Assembly: GCA_046050355.1 (NCBI GenBank)
Contig: JBJOPW010000002.1
Location: forward strand, 1 to 64,000
Source of the DNA: Candidatus Parcubacteria bacterium
GTDB taxonomy: Bacteria; Patescibacteriota; Minisyncoccia; Phycocordibacterales; UBA918
DNA: 64,000 nucleotides
Direction of reading: 5' to 3'
The number at the start of each line of letters is the position of its first letter. The first letter of the stretch is position 1. Below the pieces are notes generated by a model. That model had not been told where the DNA came from, made no database searches, and was given only the letters and a program-made list of their open reading frames with translations. Positions 31,918-41,587 of the stretch are shown piece by piece. The translations under genes were made by a program, and so were the position numbers.

Positions 31918-33198
31918 TTACTTCAGTATTGGTAAGTTTGCCAGTTCTTCTTTCACCACAGCTGCGTCACTCCACGGGGTGCGGGTATTATTAGGTCCCA
32001 TAATATAGGGATCTGTACCTTTGCCTGAAATGAGCACATACCCACCGTCGGGTACACGCGCAAGGGCTTTTTGTATTGCCTCACGACGATCCATAATAAT
32101 GGTGAGTTTACTTTTATCGGTGATACCTTCGGCCATGTCAGCGACAATTTTGCGGGGGTTTTCGTCGTACGGGTCTTCATTGGTGAGAATAATATGGTCA
32201 CAGTATTGTTCAGCGATACTACCCATCTCTGGTCGTTTCCAGGTGTCGCGACCACCACCGGTATTGCCCAAGATACACACTTTTGGCACAGCGGGAAAAG
32301 CTTCATAAAACTGCGTCAGTGAGTCAGGGGTGTGAGCATAATCAACGACTGCGGTTACTGCCTTTTGGTTTTTTTCACTATGGAATTGTTCTACTCGACC
32401 ATGAATAGGAGGGAGTGTCCGAAAACCACGTTCAATAGTTCCGAGTTCAACTCCCAGTGCTCGTGCGAGCGTCGTGGCTCCGAGTGCATTGTAAACATTA
32501 AAGAGACCAACCAGTGGTACCCGTATGGTAGTGCCGTCTATCACCATAGTGACACTATCTTTTTGGAGTGAATACAGTGAGAGGTTTTTTAGACTGTAGC
32601 CTAGTTTATATTCGACAGCAAAATCGAGGAAATCAGCCCCGTGCTCATTATCAAGATTGGCCACCAGATAGCGGGGACGCTTCTGTGATCGTGATACCGC
32701 CCCCGCAATACGGAGTTTGGCGTTTTTGTAGTTTTCAAATGAACCATGTGATTCTATATGTTCGGGGCTGAGATTAGTAAACACCAATGCATCAAACTCT
32801 ATAAAGCGGTGTCGAAATTGCTTGGCCCCCTCTGAGGTCATTTCGAGTACCACATGGGTACAGCCAGCATCAACCGCTTGTCGTAAAAATCGTTGCACAA
32901 AAAAGCGCCCAGGCGTGGTCATCTTAAAGAGGTTGCGGGTTTCTTCGTCTCCGACCATAAACCGGATAGTTGAAAGAGAAGCAACCCGGAAACCATGAGT
33001 GCGCAACAAATGTGCCGTCATTTCAGTGACGGTAGATTTGCCTTTGGTACCAGTAACGGCAATAACGGTAATCTGACGACTCGGGTGTCGATACCATACG
33101 GCACCGAGGTAGGCGAGTAAAAAATGGTAAAGGGGTCGGACTTGGTGTAAGACAGTTTTTGGAATAAAGCGTTTTAGCTGATACAGGATAGAGTCCAT
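31918..33198 (-). CDS. murE: Mur ligase (MurE-like)
   Basis: VTGTKGKST, EMTSEG, VDYAHTPD, GGGRD, EDPYDE. Confidence 0.9.
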   Translation of the reverse strand: MDSILYQLKRFIPKTVLHQVRPLYHFLLAYLGAVWYRHPSRQITVIAVTGTKGKSTVTEMTAHLLRTHGFRVASLSTIRFMVGDEETRNLFKMTTPGRFFVQRFLRQAVDAGCTHVVLEMTSEGAKQFRHRFIEFDALVFTNLSPEHIESHGSFENYKNAKLRIAGAVSRSQKRPRYLVANLDNEHGADFLDFAVEYKLGYSLKNLSLYSLQKDSVTMVIDGTTIRVPLVGLFNVYNALGATTLARALGVELGTIERGFRTLPPIHGRVEQFHSEKNQKAVTAVVDYAHTPDSLTQFYEAFPAVPKVCILGNTGGGRDTWKRPEMGSIAEQYCDHIILTNEDPYDENPRKIVADMAEGITDKSKLTIIMDRREAIQKALARVPDGGYVLISGKGTDPYIMGPNNTRTPWSDAAVVKEELANLPILK

Positions 33199-33272
33199 AT
33201 GTATGCCATTATACGGCGAGGCCAACTGTTTGGCTAATAACCACAGTAAAAACCGGTAAATGAGAGCATTTT

Positions 33273-33839
33273 TTAGTGGAGCTGCCGTAGCGCTTCAGTT
33301 ACAAGTAGGCTCGTTGACGCAGTATCGCCAATTTCATCGAGTATTTGACGAATAGTTTGTGGGTTGTAGCCAAGCGTAACGAGCGTATCAAACGCATCTT
33401 GGTACATGGTGCTATGAACTTGGTTGGTGGGTATGAAGCTCGTCGTGTCGAGTTTATCTTTGAGTCCAAGGACAATTTTTTCCGCTGTCTTTTTTGATAT
33501 ATTTGCCATCTTGGTGAGATGGAGCGGATCCTCCAGAGCGACCGCTTCGTGTATTAAGGCAGGATCAGCTTGATCTAAAATCTGAAGGGCGCTTTTAGGT
33601 CCGATACCAGAGATGGTCAAAAGTAACTCAAAGAGGTGGAGCTCTTCCGGTTGTATAAATCCGTATAGATCAAGGGCGGTTTCTCGTACTGCTAAGTGAG
33701 TATAGAGGCGAATAGTCTCACCGGGGAGGGTAATCAATCGGTGTGTTACAAACACCAAATATCCAACCCCACCAGTTGTTTCAATAATTAACGAATTATC
33801 AACGGTATGAGCAACGGTACCAAAAATAAGACGAATCAT
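33273..33839 (-). CDS. ruvA: Holliday junction DNA-binding protein RuvA
   Basis: GGVGY, VRE...LYGF, SGIGPKSA. Confidence 0.95.
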   Translation of the reverse strand: MIRLIFGTVAHTVDNSLIIETTGGVGYLVFVTHRLITLPGETIRLYTHLAVRETALDLYGFIQPEELHLFELLLTISGIGPKSALQILDQADPALIHEAVALEDPLHLTKMANISKKTAEKIVLGLKDKLDTTSFIPTNQVHSTMYQDAFDTLVTLGYNPQTIRQILDEIGDTASTSLLVTEALRQLH

Positions 33840-33931
33840 AATAGTGCTATTGTACACCATGAGTGGGGAGGAGGATGCCATTGATTTATTTTGTGAAATA
33901 CCGTATAGTACGCACCACATAAGAAATCGAT

Positions 33932-34201
33932 ATGGCAATTACTAAAAATGCAAAAAAAGCAGTCCGCTCGAGTGAACGAAAGCGCGTGTACAACCTTCGT
34001 CGTACTACCGCTATGCGTGACGTGGTGAAGTCTGTAAAAAAGACCGCTTTGGCGGGTGATGTTGATGGAGCTAAGGCTCTGCTTCCAAAAGCATACAAGG
34101 CGATTGATAAAGCTGCCAAGCGTGGCGTTATCAAAGCCAACACCGCTGCGCGCAAGAAGTCACGTCTCGCCGCTGCAATCAAAAAAACAACTACCAAGTA
34201 A
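33932..34201 (+). CDS. rpsT: 30S ribosomal protein S20
   Basis: IDKAAKRGVIKANTAARKKSRL. Confidence 0.97.
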   Translation: MAITKNAKKAVRSSERKRVYNLRRTTAMRDVVKSVKKTALAGDVDGAKALLPKAYKAIDKAAKRGVIKANTAARKKSRLAAAIKKTTTK

Positions 34202-34261
34202 GTTGTAAAAGATACAAAAACCACTCGCATTAGGTGAGTGGTTTTTGTATACTGGATTGAT

Positions 34262-35047
34262 ATGCGAACTACACATATCGTCGGTATAGTAATCACGCTC
34301 GCACTCATTGGGGGTCTTGGTTGGGTAGTGAGTCTCCGTCTTCCGTCTCACACCACTACAACAACTGGTAATGAAGACGAACGCTTTAGAGACGCGACAG
34401 TAGTAACCTATCAAAGCAATGATGGGGAGATAACGGTGGCGTATATTAGCAATCTCGCTCGTATCTCGGGTGGCAAGTATGATGGTCTGGTATTACGACA
34501 AATAGTGGCGGCTTCAGGAGCAAAGTATGAAGGCGAACGCGGTGTCACACTCTGGACCAAAAACAATGAAGTTCGGATTGAGACACCACAACAAGTAGTG
34601 TATACCGGTACGGCGGTGCCGCCAGAGACACTACTACCAACACCTACGGTAGTATCAGAACCAGTACTAGCCACTACCACTGCCATTACAACCGATGCCA
34701 CTACCATCACGTTTAGAGACAAAACCTGGGTTTGGCAATCAGCGGTGCAAGATGGAACTAGTATAGAACCAAAAAAATCAGATGCTTTTACGCTCACCTT
34801 TACTACAGAGGGTGTTGTAGAAGGGACGACCGATTGTAATGGGTTTGGTGGAGACTATACCGTCACTGACAACGAAATCCGCTTAGGAGCACTACGCCTG
34901 ACGCTGATGTTTTGTGAAAATTCAGAAGAATCACTATTTATTGAGTTACTTGAAAGCCCGCTGACCATTGTGACGATGACCGAGAGTGTACTTGAACTAG
35001 AAAACTCTCTGGGCGAAACCGTACGTTTCTTGAATAAAGAACAGTAA
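34262..35047 (+). CDS. Membrane-anchored MliC-like plus META (HslJ) domain protein
   Basis: AASGAKY...LWTK (MliC-like); GTTDCNGFGGDY...TLMFC (META). Confidence 0.8.
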   Translation: MRTTHIVGIVITLALIGGLGWVVSLRLPSHTTTTTGNEDERFRDATVVTYQSNDGEITVAYISNLARISGGKYDGLVLRQIVAASGAKYEGERGVTLWTKNNEVRIETPQQVVYTGTAVPPETLLPTPTVVSEPVLATTTAITTDATTITFRDKTWVWQSAVQDGTSIEPKKSDAFTLTFTTEGVVEGTTDCNGFGGDYTVTDNEIRLGALRLTLMFCENSEESLFIELLESPLTIVTMTESVLELENSLGETVRFLNKEQ

Positions 35048-35051
35048 TGTA

Positions 35052-35765
35052 TCAGCGGTAGCGTTTTTCTAATTGCCGTTCCATCGGCGGCGGTAGGGGT
35101 CGAATCCCTTTCGCATTGATTGTTGATGTACCAATACGCGGTCCAAACACCATGATGTGGTCACCAAGCTGAGGCATGTATCCAGCTGGACGTTTCGCAT
35201 CACTCAGGAAGACCAAGTATTCGCCTTCGGGGTTTATGATGGTGATAGTCGTATCTCCGAGAGCGTGGACCATACCAGGGGTAATATCTCGTGGCCGCTG
35301 ATCTCGTTGCTGACGATAGAGTGGACTAACGCCAGGAATGTGTCGATTGTCAGCAGCATCTCGAACCCGATCATGGATAGCCCAATAATCAATCACTGAT
35401 GCACCAAAAAGTACCAAGAGGACTACACCAAGGAGGGTGTACACAGCTCGGTGGCGGTAGTTGTGTCCAAAGTGGCGAGCTAATAAGTAGACAGTAGCCA
35501 AAAACACAACCGTGATCAAAATCAGTAGCCATGGTGACATGGTTACAAAAAACCAAAACCCGTCAAAACCAAAACCAGGTGTCCACCAGAGACCGCTCTC
35601 ACGGAGTATAAAGAGAACAAAACTAAGGAGATAGATACCAATGAGTAATGTCACCAGTAAACCACTGGTAAAAAAGAGACTCGCGAGCAAAAAGTGCCAC
35701 TTCGGCTTCATATCAATTTTCCCTGTTTTGATACTCGCAAGGAGGTTGTCTTTAAGATCTGTCAT
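35052..35765 (-). CDS. Membrane protein, probable anti-sigma factor
   Basis: Three TM helices; overlaps the stop of the ECF sigma gene. Confidence 0.6.
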   Translation of the reverse strand: MTDLKDNLLASIKTGKIDMKPKWHFLLASLFFTSGLLVTLLIGIYLLSFVLFILRESGLWWTPGFGFDGFWFFVTMSPWLLILITVVFLATVYLLARHFGHNYRHRAVYTLLGVVLLVLFGASVIDYWAIHDRVRDAADNRHIPGVSPLYRQQRDQRPRDITPGMVHALGDTTITIINPEGEYLVFLSDAKRPAGYMPQLGDHIMVFGPRIGTSTINAKGIRPLPPPMERQLEKRYR

Positions 35766-36319
35766 GATGTGATGTGGTTACTTGGAAACAAGGTTTTTAA
35801 GCGGGCTTTGGCTCGGTGGAGGCGAACCCCCACTGCCGATATGGGAATATGGAGGATATCGCCAATCGCTTCGTATGATAACTCCTCAAAATATGCCAGT
35901 GTAATAATCTCACGGTCTTTTGGCTTCAATTGTGCGAGGTGGCGTTCAATGAGTATTGTGTTTTCTTTGGCAAGGACCGTATCAAGACTCGATTCCGGGG
36001 CAATGAGGGTAGGTAAGAAGGCTTCGGTATCCAAATCAAAGAATCCACGAAATCGACTTTGTCGACGGAGCTCGTTTACAAAGGTGTTATGCGCAATGCG
36101 GTATATCCATGGTGAAAAGCGGCCGGTCGCATCAAAGCTTTGGAGGTTGGTGTAGGCTTTAATGAAGACGTCTTGCACCATGTCAGTAATATCGTCAGTT
36201 CGCCCCAAAAACCGACTTCCATAACGACAGAGTTTCTGTTCGTACCGAGTAATGATTTCACCAAATGCGTCTTTATTACCTTGTTGTACCCGCATAACCA
36301 CGGTCTCGTCACTGTCCAT
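35762..36319 (-). CDS. ECF RNA polymerase sigma factor
   Basis: DMVQDVFIKAY, FSPWIYRIAHN, LSYEAI...RLHRAK. Confidence 0.95.
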   Translation of the reverse strand: MDSDETVVMRVQQGNKDAFGEIITRYEQKLCRYGSRFLGRTDDITDMVQDVFIKAYTNLQSFDATGRFSPWIYRIAHNTFVNELRRQSRFRGFFDLDTEAFLPTLIAPESSLDTVLAKENTILIERHLAQLKPKDREIITLAYFEELSYEAIGDILHIPISAVGVRLHRAKARLKTLFPSNHITS

Positions 36320-36405
36320 ACTGGTAGTACACCACAGATGGACAGATATTACAAAAGGCAGGCACGTGAGTGCCTGCCCTCTATGTTGTATGTATAGTCC
36401 GAGAA

Positions 36406-36918
36406 CTAGTTATCTTCGTTTGGTCGGTCGCCACCACCATGACCACCCATCCCTTTGCCGCCCATTCCCGGTCCTTTGAGACCAAGCTCTTCCATGATGG
36501 TACGCGCAGCTTCGTGATCTCCAGCTTCACGGAGGGTATGAGCTTCAATAAGCTTGGCGAATTTTGCTTCGGTATCAATTGTGGTACTCATTGGCGTGTC
36601 GGCCGCAGCCGTCTTAAAGGCCGCAAAATCGTTGGCTTCAATAGCTGCTTTTATCACTTCGTGTTCAGCTTTATGGGCTTCACGCATAGCTTCACGTATT
36701 TCCTTCATGCGCTCGGCAGTGATGCCAGCATCTTCGAGTACCTTCTCAGCTTCTTCATGAGCGGTCTCACGAATTTCACGCGCTTCTTCGAGAGCAGATT
36801 GTTCGGTGTCGGTGAGGTCGATATTGAGTTTATTAAGCATGTCAGTGCCAACAAACGCACTGGCAGTCGTAGCGGTAATTGCTAGTGCCGCCAGAGGAAT
36901 AAAAATTTGTTTCAACAT
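36406..36918 (-). CDS. Secreted helical protein
   Basis: Signal peptide; Gly-rich tail; likely co-regulated with the ECF pair. Confidence 0.7.
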   Translation of the reverse strand: MLKQIFIPLAALAITATTASAFVGTDMLNKLNIDLTDTEQSALEEAREIRETAHEEAEKVLEDAGITAERMKEIREAMREAHKAEHEVIKAAIEANDFAAFKTAAADTPMSTTIDTEAKFAKLIEAHTLREAGDHEAARTIMEELGLKGPGMGGKGMGGHGGGDRPNEDN

Positions 36919-37252
36919 AGGTGTAGAGTTAGAATAAGTAAGTGAATCACAACGTTGTAGTGAAAGTTCGGTTGTGATCGTGTGCTTTTAAGCAACCGAT
37001 CTTTCATCAGTAGTACACGGAAGAAAGAGAGTTATTACAGGTTGTCCGATTGAAGAGAAATAAATAGATCACCGTCATATTGTTTTCCTCTATAGTAGAT
37101 CTTTATTTTCAGCCTCTGATTCACAAAATGCTCAGTTGGACGAATCGTAAATGAACGATGATATATCATATTTGGCGTCAGTGGTACTACATCGATCTGA
37201 TACCGGATAGGCTTACCTGGTAAAGATTGTAAGCCAGTCACTTCAAAACTAT

Positions 37253-37834
37253 TTGAGTCATGCGACATTTGAATTTCCAAAAGACAGTGGCAATTGGTAT
37301 CAAGGTAAGCATGAGCCGATTATCACCAAAGAACTATTTGATCAGGTAAAAATGCAGCTTTCAGGTAATATGCTCAAGAATCGCAAAGATAAAGAATTTG
37401 CCTTCACTAAGCTCATGACCTGTGGCTTATGTGGTTCAGGTATCAGTGCCGATGAAAAATATAAGAAGCTGAAAAATGGTTCTGTCCGTGCCCATGTATA
37501 TTACGGTTGTACAAGAGCGAAAGACAAACATTGTAAATGTGGCTACCTACCAGAGACTGAACTCATCAAACAACTCCAGGCACTGGTCGATAAGGTAGAG
37601 GTAAATGAACTGTCTGTGAAAATGCAGATAGTGGCGGAGGTGACGAGGTATAAGAAGTTCGAGGCGTCCCTCCTGGGGCAAGAGCTCAACTTTGAGGTTG
37701 GAGATATTGATATAAAGCGATACATCAAGTTCCTACTAAAAGAGGGATCAGTAGAAGAGAAAAGGAGTGTAATGACATGCTTTCAGTCGTCGTTAACCAT
37801 GAAAGGCAATACCGTTAATTTGTTCGCAATTTAG
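37253..37834 (+). pseudogene. C-terminal remnant of a large serine recombinase (end of recombinase domain plus Zn-ribbon)
   Basis: GKHEPII..ELF, LMTCGLCG...YYGC...C; no N-terminal catalytic domain upstream. Confidence 0.8.
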
Positions 37835-37862
37835 TTGACAAAAAGTCAAATATGTGTATTAT
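37835..37862 (+). promoter_or_regulatory. Sigma70-type promoter for the RAMP gene and array
   Basis: TTGACA (37835-37840), 16-nt spacer, TATTAT (37857-37862); RBS-like GAAGGA before ATG 37932. Confidence 0.65.
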
Positions 37863-37931
37863 AGTGCCCACGACAAAGTAAGTCGTGTTCTCATCGTTAC
37901 TTGAAACTCACAAACTGGAAGGAACTACAAC

Positions 37932-38555
37932 ATGCAGACCGCGATGCTCACCCTCCGCAGCAAAAGCCCCATCCTGATGAATCCGATGACCGACGAAACG
38001 CTCGATGAGCTGTTCGCCGGCGCCGGCGCCCGCAAGGGCAAGCGGGGTGACCTGACGCAGGAACAGGTGGCCGAAAAGAAGGTCATCCGTTGCCCTGACA
38101 GCAACCAGATCGGCATTCCGATGGAATATCTGATGGCCGCTCTCGTCAACGCCGGCCGGCAGGTCAAGTTCGATGGCAAGCGCAACCTCTCGACGGCCAC
38201 GAGCTCGCTCGTGCCGGGTCTCATCTCGCTCGGCGAGATGTTCTACCCGTTCAAGAACCAGACCCCGCCCGAAGGTCAGACCCATCTCTGGGTCATCGAC
38301 AAGCGGCGTGGTGTGCTTCAGGCTAACGGTGTCGCGGTGGCGATCATCCGCCCGAAGGTCATGGAATGGGAAATCGACGTCTCGGTCGACTTCGACGAAA
38401 CCGAGCTGAACGAGGCCAAGGTGCGTGATCTGTTCGACAAGGCCGGGCAGTTCATCGGTCTCGGCGACTTCCGTCCCGCCTGCAAGGGGCCGTTCGGTCG
38501 CTTCACGGTGAAGGAATGGGCGGTCGTGACCCAGGAGGTCAAGAAGGCCGCCTGA
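37932..38555 (+). CDS. Stand-alone RAMP/Cas7-like RNA-binding protein (Vipr-like)
   Basis: N-terminal beta strand + SPILMN; GIP..YL.AAL helix; RP...EWEI.V; C-terminal Gly-rich loop GLGDFRPACKGPFGRF typical of RAMP folds; no other cas genes nearby. Confidence 0.8.
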   Translation: MQTAMLTLRSKSPILMNPMTDETLDELFAGAGARKGKRGDLTQEQVAEKKVIRCPDSNQIGIPMEYLMAALVNAGRQVKFDGKRNLSTATSSLVPGLISLGEMFYPFKNQTPPEGQTHLWVIDKRRGVLQANGVAVAIIRPKVMEWEIDVSVDFDETELNEAKVRDLFDKAGQFIGLGDFRPACKGPFGRFTVKEWAVVTQEVKKAA

Positions 38556-38566
38556 TCTTTTGGCTG

Positions 38567-39495
38567 ACTACACTCCACTGTTCTTCGTTGGACTTTGGTG
38601 TGCTCGGCTTGAGTGAGGGTCGGGCGATGTGAGTCGCCCGACATGTATGCACTAGCGTTACCTCACGTCTCGCTCAGTGTCGCAAGTCACTCTATCGTAA
38701 GGGCCCGAGACCATGTGGTCTCGGGCATTTCTTTTAGTAGACTACCGTGCGCCGTGCTAACGTAGACTCTCGCTTGTTTCACTTATCCTGACTACGGGCT
38801 GGGCTTTCAAAACCCAGCAAACATAGCGTAGTCTATGGTACTCTACGCTAGACTAGCCCGATCCTTGGAGTCCTATTCTATGGGCGGGGCTTTACTTGCT
38901 CCGCATTCTTAGGCTTAGGTGGCGTGTGGTAATGTTGCCATTGTAAGGGTCGGGGGTTTGACTCCCGACATTCAATAAGGTTGACCTACGTAAGTTCTGC
39001 ATCGGTGGGGTCGTCTTTTGTAAGTTCGTCTGAACTTCGGGTCAGATGGTTCCATCCATTTGACACTAATCTAGCGGGCTTAACTGCGGCACTCTCCACT
39101 AGGGTAATCAGTCCTACGGGTCAGGTGATTTTTGTCATCTGACAACTTTACTGCTCCCTGATGTACTCTGAGGTTCACTGTCGAACTGCTAGGTACCGCG
39201 CGCTAGCCTACGGGTCGGGTGATTGTAATCATTCGACAAACTTTATAGTACTGTCGCCTGTGCCTTCCTCTGCATAGGTACGGCAGCGTAGTCTTCGGGC
39301 TGAGGTAACCAATCCTCGGCGTACCATTCTCCGTGGTTGCGCGTCGCCCGGTGATGTTTGCTCCACTCCGGTAGGGGTCAGAAGCAGACTATCGTTTCTG
39401 ACAATTCAATAAGCCTGCGTGCACTGGGCTGTGGTTACGTCTGGTGAAGTATTCCGAACTTTTCTAAGGGCCAGAGGTAGCTTGCTGCCTCTGGC
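38567..39495 (+). ncRNA. Array 1: 11 tandem pentamer-tract + hairpin units (putative guide RNAs)
   Basis: Tracts start at 38567, 38651, 38736, 38827, ~38908, 38979, 39073, 39152, 39247, 39330, 39413; each ends in GG plus a 7-12 bp stem; 5-nt periodicity N-S-Y-N-N. Confidence 0.9.
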
Positions 39496-39544
39496 AAACA
39501 ACTCGTTCTTTAATCAATTTAATGCGGAGATATTTTTCTCCGCT

Positions 39545-39595
39545 CCGATAGTCGGCTGTGTGGCCGACCTGATGATTCCGAAAGGATGAAATCGG
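39545..39595 (+). ncRNA. Type III hammerhead ribozyme fold
   Basis: CCGAU-A | stem I GUCGGCU/GGCCGAC | CUGAUGA | stem II UCC-GAAA-GGA | GAAA-UCGG; predicted cleavage after 39550. Confidence 0.8.
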
Positions 39596-39601
39596 TTTTT
39601 C

Positions 39602-39679
39602 ACCACTCTGTGGTGTCCTAGCCTAGCGTGGGGTGTTCTGACCTAATCTCCGGACGAGGAGCGCCTCGGCGCTCCTCGT
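39602..39679 (+). ncRNA. Twelfth pentamer-tract + hairpin unit, downstream of the hammerhead
   Basis: accac tctgt ggtgt cctag cctag cgtgg ggtgt tctga cctaa tctcc GG acgaggagcgcc-tc-ggcgctcctcgt. Confidence 0.85.
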
Positions 39680-39721
39680 AGTTCCTTGAAATCTAAAATC
39701 AACGTCTTGAAAGGAGACGAT

Positions 39722-41545
39722 ATGAAGCATCAATCCATGACGGCAGCCTTTCCCCGTCATATCCATCCGGATATGAAGCGGAATCAAGCTGAAGCATTAG
39801 CGTTTCTCGAAACCCACGGAGCAGCTCTTCTTGAGCTTCCGACTGGTTCAGGGAAGACGGCCATCGGCCTCACATACTTGCGTGCTCACGAGCACTCTGG
39901 AACCACTACTCTTTTCTATCTGGTGCCGAACAAGACCCTCGCGGGTCAAGTAAAAGCCCAGTATCCCGAGGTGAGTGTCGTCTATGGACGGAACGAGCAT
40001 CCGTGCTTGTTCTATCCCGATGAAGAACTGAAAGCGGACGAAGTGCCTTGCTCGTACAATACGGGCTGTCCGCATCGAGTCAATCAGGAGACGGGCGAGA
40101 CTTTCGTGAAAGGAGCGGTACCGTGCCCGTACCTGCAACAGAAATATGAAGCGCGTCAGGGCAAGATCGTCGTCGCCACCTTTGCCTTTTACCTTTTTGC
40201 TGTGTATTTCAATAAGCAGTGGGAAGATGAAGGTCGTGCGGTCGTGGTCGATGAAGCACATCGGCTGGCTGAATCGCTTCGCTCGGTGTTGTCTTTCGAA
40301 ATCACCGACTACCAACTTCGGCGGGCCATGGAAACCTTGTCGGACTTCGCTGATGCAGATACCATGTCCCATCTCGAGGCCTTTGAGGCTACTTTTCTGA
40401 GAACGGTGAAGTCGAAACCAAGCGGTACGCAAGTATTGTTGGATCAGACGGAAATCGCAGAACTGCTGATGCGAGTCGAACGTATCCAACCCAATCGTCT
40501 GCGCGATATGATTTCGCGGGCGGTGCGGGAAGGTGCGATTGATCCGGTTCGCGACCGTGAGAGCCTTTACCGGCTCGAAGCGGTTACGCTCAGTCTCGGT
40601 CGCTACCTGCGGTCGTTGCAATATTCGGTGAAGACTGAAGAACGCAACGCCCTCAACTACACCTTTGCCTATTGGGAAACCGATCGGAAAGAAGGTGAGC
40701 GCATCCAGCACCGGCTTGTCGTGAAGGCCTACATGGTGACCCCGCTCGTGCGGAATATGTTGCCCGAAAAGACCTTGGCGATGAGTGCAACTGTCAGTGA
40801 CCCTGAGACGTTCGCGATTGAGAATGGCATTCGGTTGCCGTTTCTCAGCCTGACTTCTGACTGGCCTCATGCCAACACCAGGATCTTTATGCCAACCGAT
40901 ACACCGAACCTCGCGACCAATATTCGTGATCGGCAAGGTGTGTCGCGGAAGCAAAATCCGCGTGAGAAGAGTAAGGCTCTGCGCAAAGTGGCTGAGGCGT
41001 GCAAACGCCTTGGTAATAAAGGGATTCGTTCACTCGTTATCGTGGTTTCAAACCAAGAGCGGGAGAAGTTTCTCGAAATTGCCAGAGGTCTCGAGCTCGA
41101 TACAGTCAGCTATAACAGTAAGTTGCCTCCGCGTGACGCGGTGGTGGCATTCAAATCTGGTGCTGGTACTGTCCTTGTGGGAACGGGAGCACACTATGGT
41201 GAAGGTGTTGATTTGCCTGACGGCACAGCACCGGTGACCTTTGTGCTTCGGCCTGGTTATCCGAATCCCGACGAGCCCGGAGCTCGCTTCGAAGAAGCGC
41301 GTTTCGGCAAACGTCGGTGGGCGGTCTGGCAGTGGCGTGTGATTGTGCAGGCATTGCAAGTACGGGGTCGCAACGTGCGGAGTGTGAATGACAAAGGGGT
41401 AACCATCTTCGTGTCTCAGCAATTCCGCAACTTCGTGGTACACTCGTTGCCGAAGTGGCTTCAGCCAGCATACCAAGGGCAGAAAACGCTCGAAGAATGC
41501 TTGGCTGAAGCGGAATCGCTTCTACTGTCAAAAGTGGAGGCCTAG
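39722..41545 (+). CDS. SF2 XPD/Rad3/DinG-family helicase with putative Fe-S cluster
   Basis: Q motif (NQ), LPTGSGKT, four Cys between motifs Ia and II, VVDEAH, SAT, EGVD, QVRGRNVR; RBS GGAG before ATG 39722. Confidence 0.88.
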   Translation: MKHQSMTAAFPRHIHPDMKRNQAEALAFLETHGAALLELPTGSGKTAIGLTYLRAHEHSGTTTLFYLVPNKTLAGQVKAQYPEVSVVYGRNEHPCLFYPDEELKADEVPCSYNTGCPHRVNQETGETFVKGAVPCPYLQQKYEARQGKIVVATFAFYLFAVYFNKQWEDEGRAVVVDEAHRLAESLRSVLSFEITDYQLRRAMETLSDFADADTMSHLEAFEATFLRTVKSKPSGTQVLLDQTEIAELLMRVERIQPNRLRDMISRAVREGAIDPVRDRESLYRLEAVTLSLGRYLRSLQYSVKTEERNALNYTFAYWETDRKEGERIQHRLVVKAYMVTPLVRNMLPEKTLAMSATVSDPETFAIENGIRLPFLSLTSDWPHANTRIFMPTDTPNLATNIRDRQGVSRKQNPREKSKALRKVAEACKRLGNKGIRSLVIVVSNQEREKFLEIARGLELDTVSYNSKLPPRDAVVAFKSGAGTVLVGTGAHYGEGVDLPDGTAPVTFVLRPGYPNPDEPGARFEEARFGKRRWAVWQWRVIVQALQVRGRNVRSVNDKGVTIFVSQQFRNFVVHSLPKWLQPAYQGQKTLEECLAEAESLLLSKVEA

Positions 41546-41587
41546 CAATGATCTGGGCAAGGAAGCTTGCCCAGAGATCAACCACAG

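Noticed and set aside
38567-38616. Decoded unit 1 as self-targeting (reverse complement reads HRTNPETG, like helicase HRVNQETG; 10-nt match near 57275)
   Set aside because: Nucleotide identity to the local helicase is poor, and a 10-nt match is expected by chance. I found no convincing self-target by eye, although the search was not exhaustive.
38556-39495. Cluster of intrinsic terminators, REP elements or attC sites
   Set aside because: The hairpins lack U-tracts, are followed by A-rich linkers and are in fixed register with the pentamer tracts. There are no ORF cassettes between them and no integron integrase.
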